The notes under the pieces were generated by a model. It was not told the DNA's origin, did not search any database, and worked only from the letters and a program-made list of their open reading frames with translations. DNA of 64,000 nt. Source: Octopus sinensis. Taxonomy: Eukaryota. Below, in pieces: positions 63,423 to 64,000 of the stretch; position 1 is the first letter of the stretch; every line of letters begins with the position of its first letter. The position numbers and the translations under genes were made by a program. The DNA lies in contig NC_043001.1 in the NCBI RefSeq assembly GCF_006345805.1, positions 57,288,001-57,352,000 on the forward strand, in the 5' to 3' direction.

Positions 63423-64000
63423 TTCTCTTTATCACAGGTTTAGTTGAAGCTCATGATGTCCTGCATGCGTAGCAGGCTTACTACCTGCAGGCTACGATGC
63501 CATGCTATTTGTTCTTTTCAGCTATCTAATATTTTCCTGATTATGTTAGCCATGCTAAGGAAGCAACTATTAGTAACAGTTCTACTGGGCATTATATTTC
63601 AATTTCCTTTATACTCCTCTTGATACGTTCTTATACTGTTCCCAAGGACCCAAAAATAATTGACATTGTCTTCACCTTTTTCATTTTCCCAGCAATTTCG
63701 TACTCAAGAGGGTTGTATCTAACTCTTCGTTTTCCTTCTTGACTATTTGTGGGTCAAAGGGGTATGCAACATCAACTATATAGCATATGTGGTGCAACTT
63801 GTCCATCACCACTAGATCAGACCTCTTATGCTCTTGCATCTGATTTGTTTGGATAGGGAAATCCCAGAGGATTTTGTTAATCTCTTACTCCACCACTCTC
63901 TGCGGTTTGTGCTCATACCACGTCTTGCCTCTCTCTAGTCTCCACTCTTCGCATAGTATCCAATGTAGCACTTTCGCTGCCTGGTCGGTTCGCCGCAACT
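63421..64000 (-). mobile_element. R4/Dong LINE 3' region (restriction-like endonuclease), different subfamily, with (AAT)n tail at 63290-63420
   Basis: KVLHWILC..WYEHKP..ILWDFPIQT..HKRSDLVVMDK..CYIVDVAYPFD..IIFGSLGTV. Confidence 0.9.

Overview
Eukaryotic, AT-rich, repeat-dense DNA, most likely from an octopus (coleoid cephalopod). That assignment is an inference from the tRNA-derived SINE families (recalled, not searched) and the very high microsatellite load. No intact protein-coding gene, rRNA, true tRNA or CRISPR array can be supported. Nearly all listed ORFs are microsatellite translations or decayed transposon frames. The window holds: three Penelope-like element (PLE) remnants; several R4/Dong LINE pieces, whose 3' ends sit in (AAT)n; CR1-, Tx1- and RTE-type fragments; two Tc1/mariner remnants; a MITE; about 25 SINE copies; and five copies of an unclassified ~550 bp (AAT)n-associated element. 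The most notable signals are: (1) a cluster of minimal type I hammerhead-ribozyme (HHR) motifs at 25.4-31.1 kb showing all three Watson-Crick versions of the core 3-8 pair found here (U3-A8, C3-G8, G3-C8); (2) a fold-back cassette at 30.5-31.3 kb whose HHR-bearing inverted arms enclose copies of neighbouring downstream sequence; (3) a perfect (TAACCC)5 telomeric tract inserted in one arm of an inverted PLE. Alignments, folds and translations were done by eye. Boundaries of degenerate repeats are approximate to about 10-30 bp.
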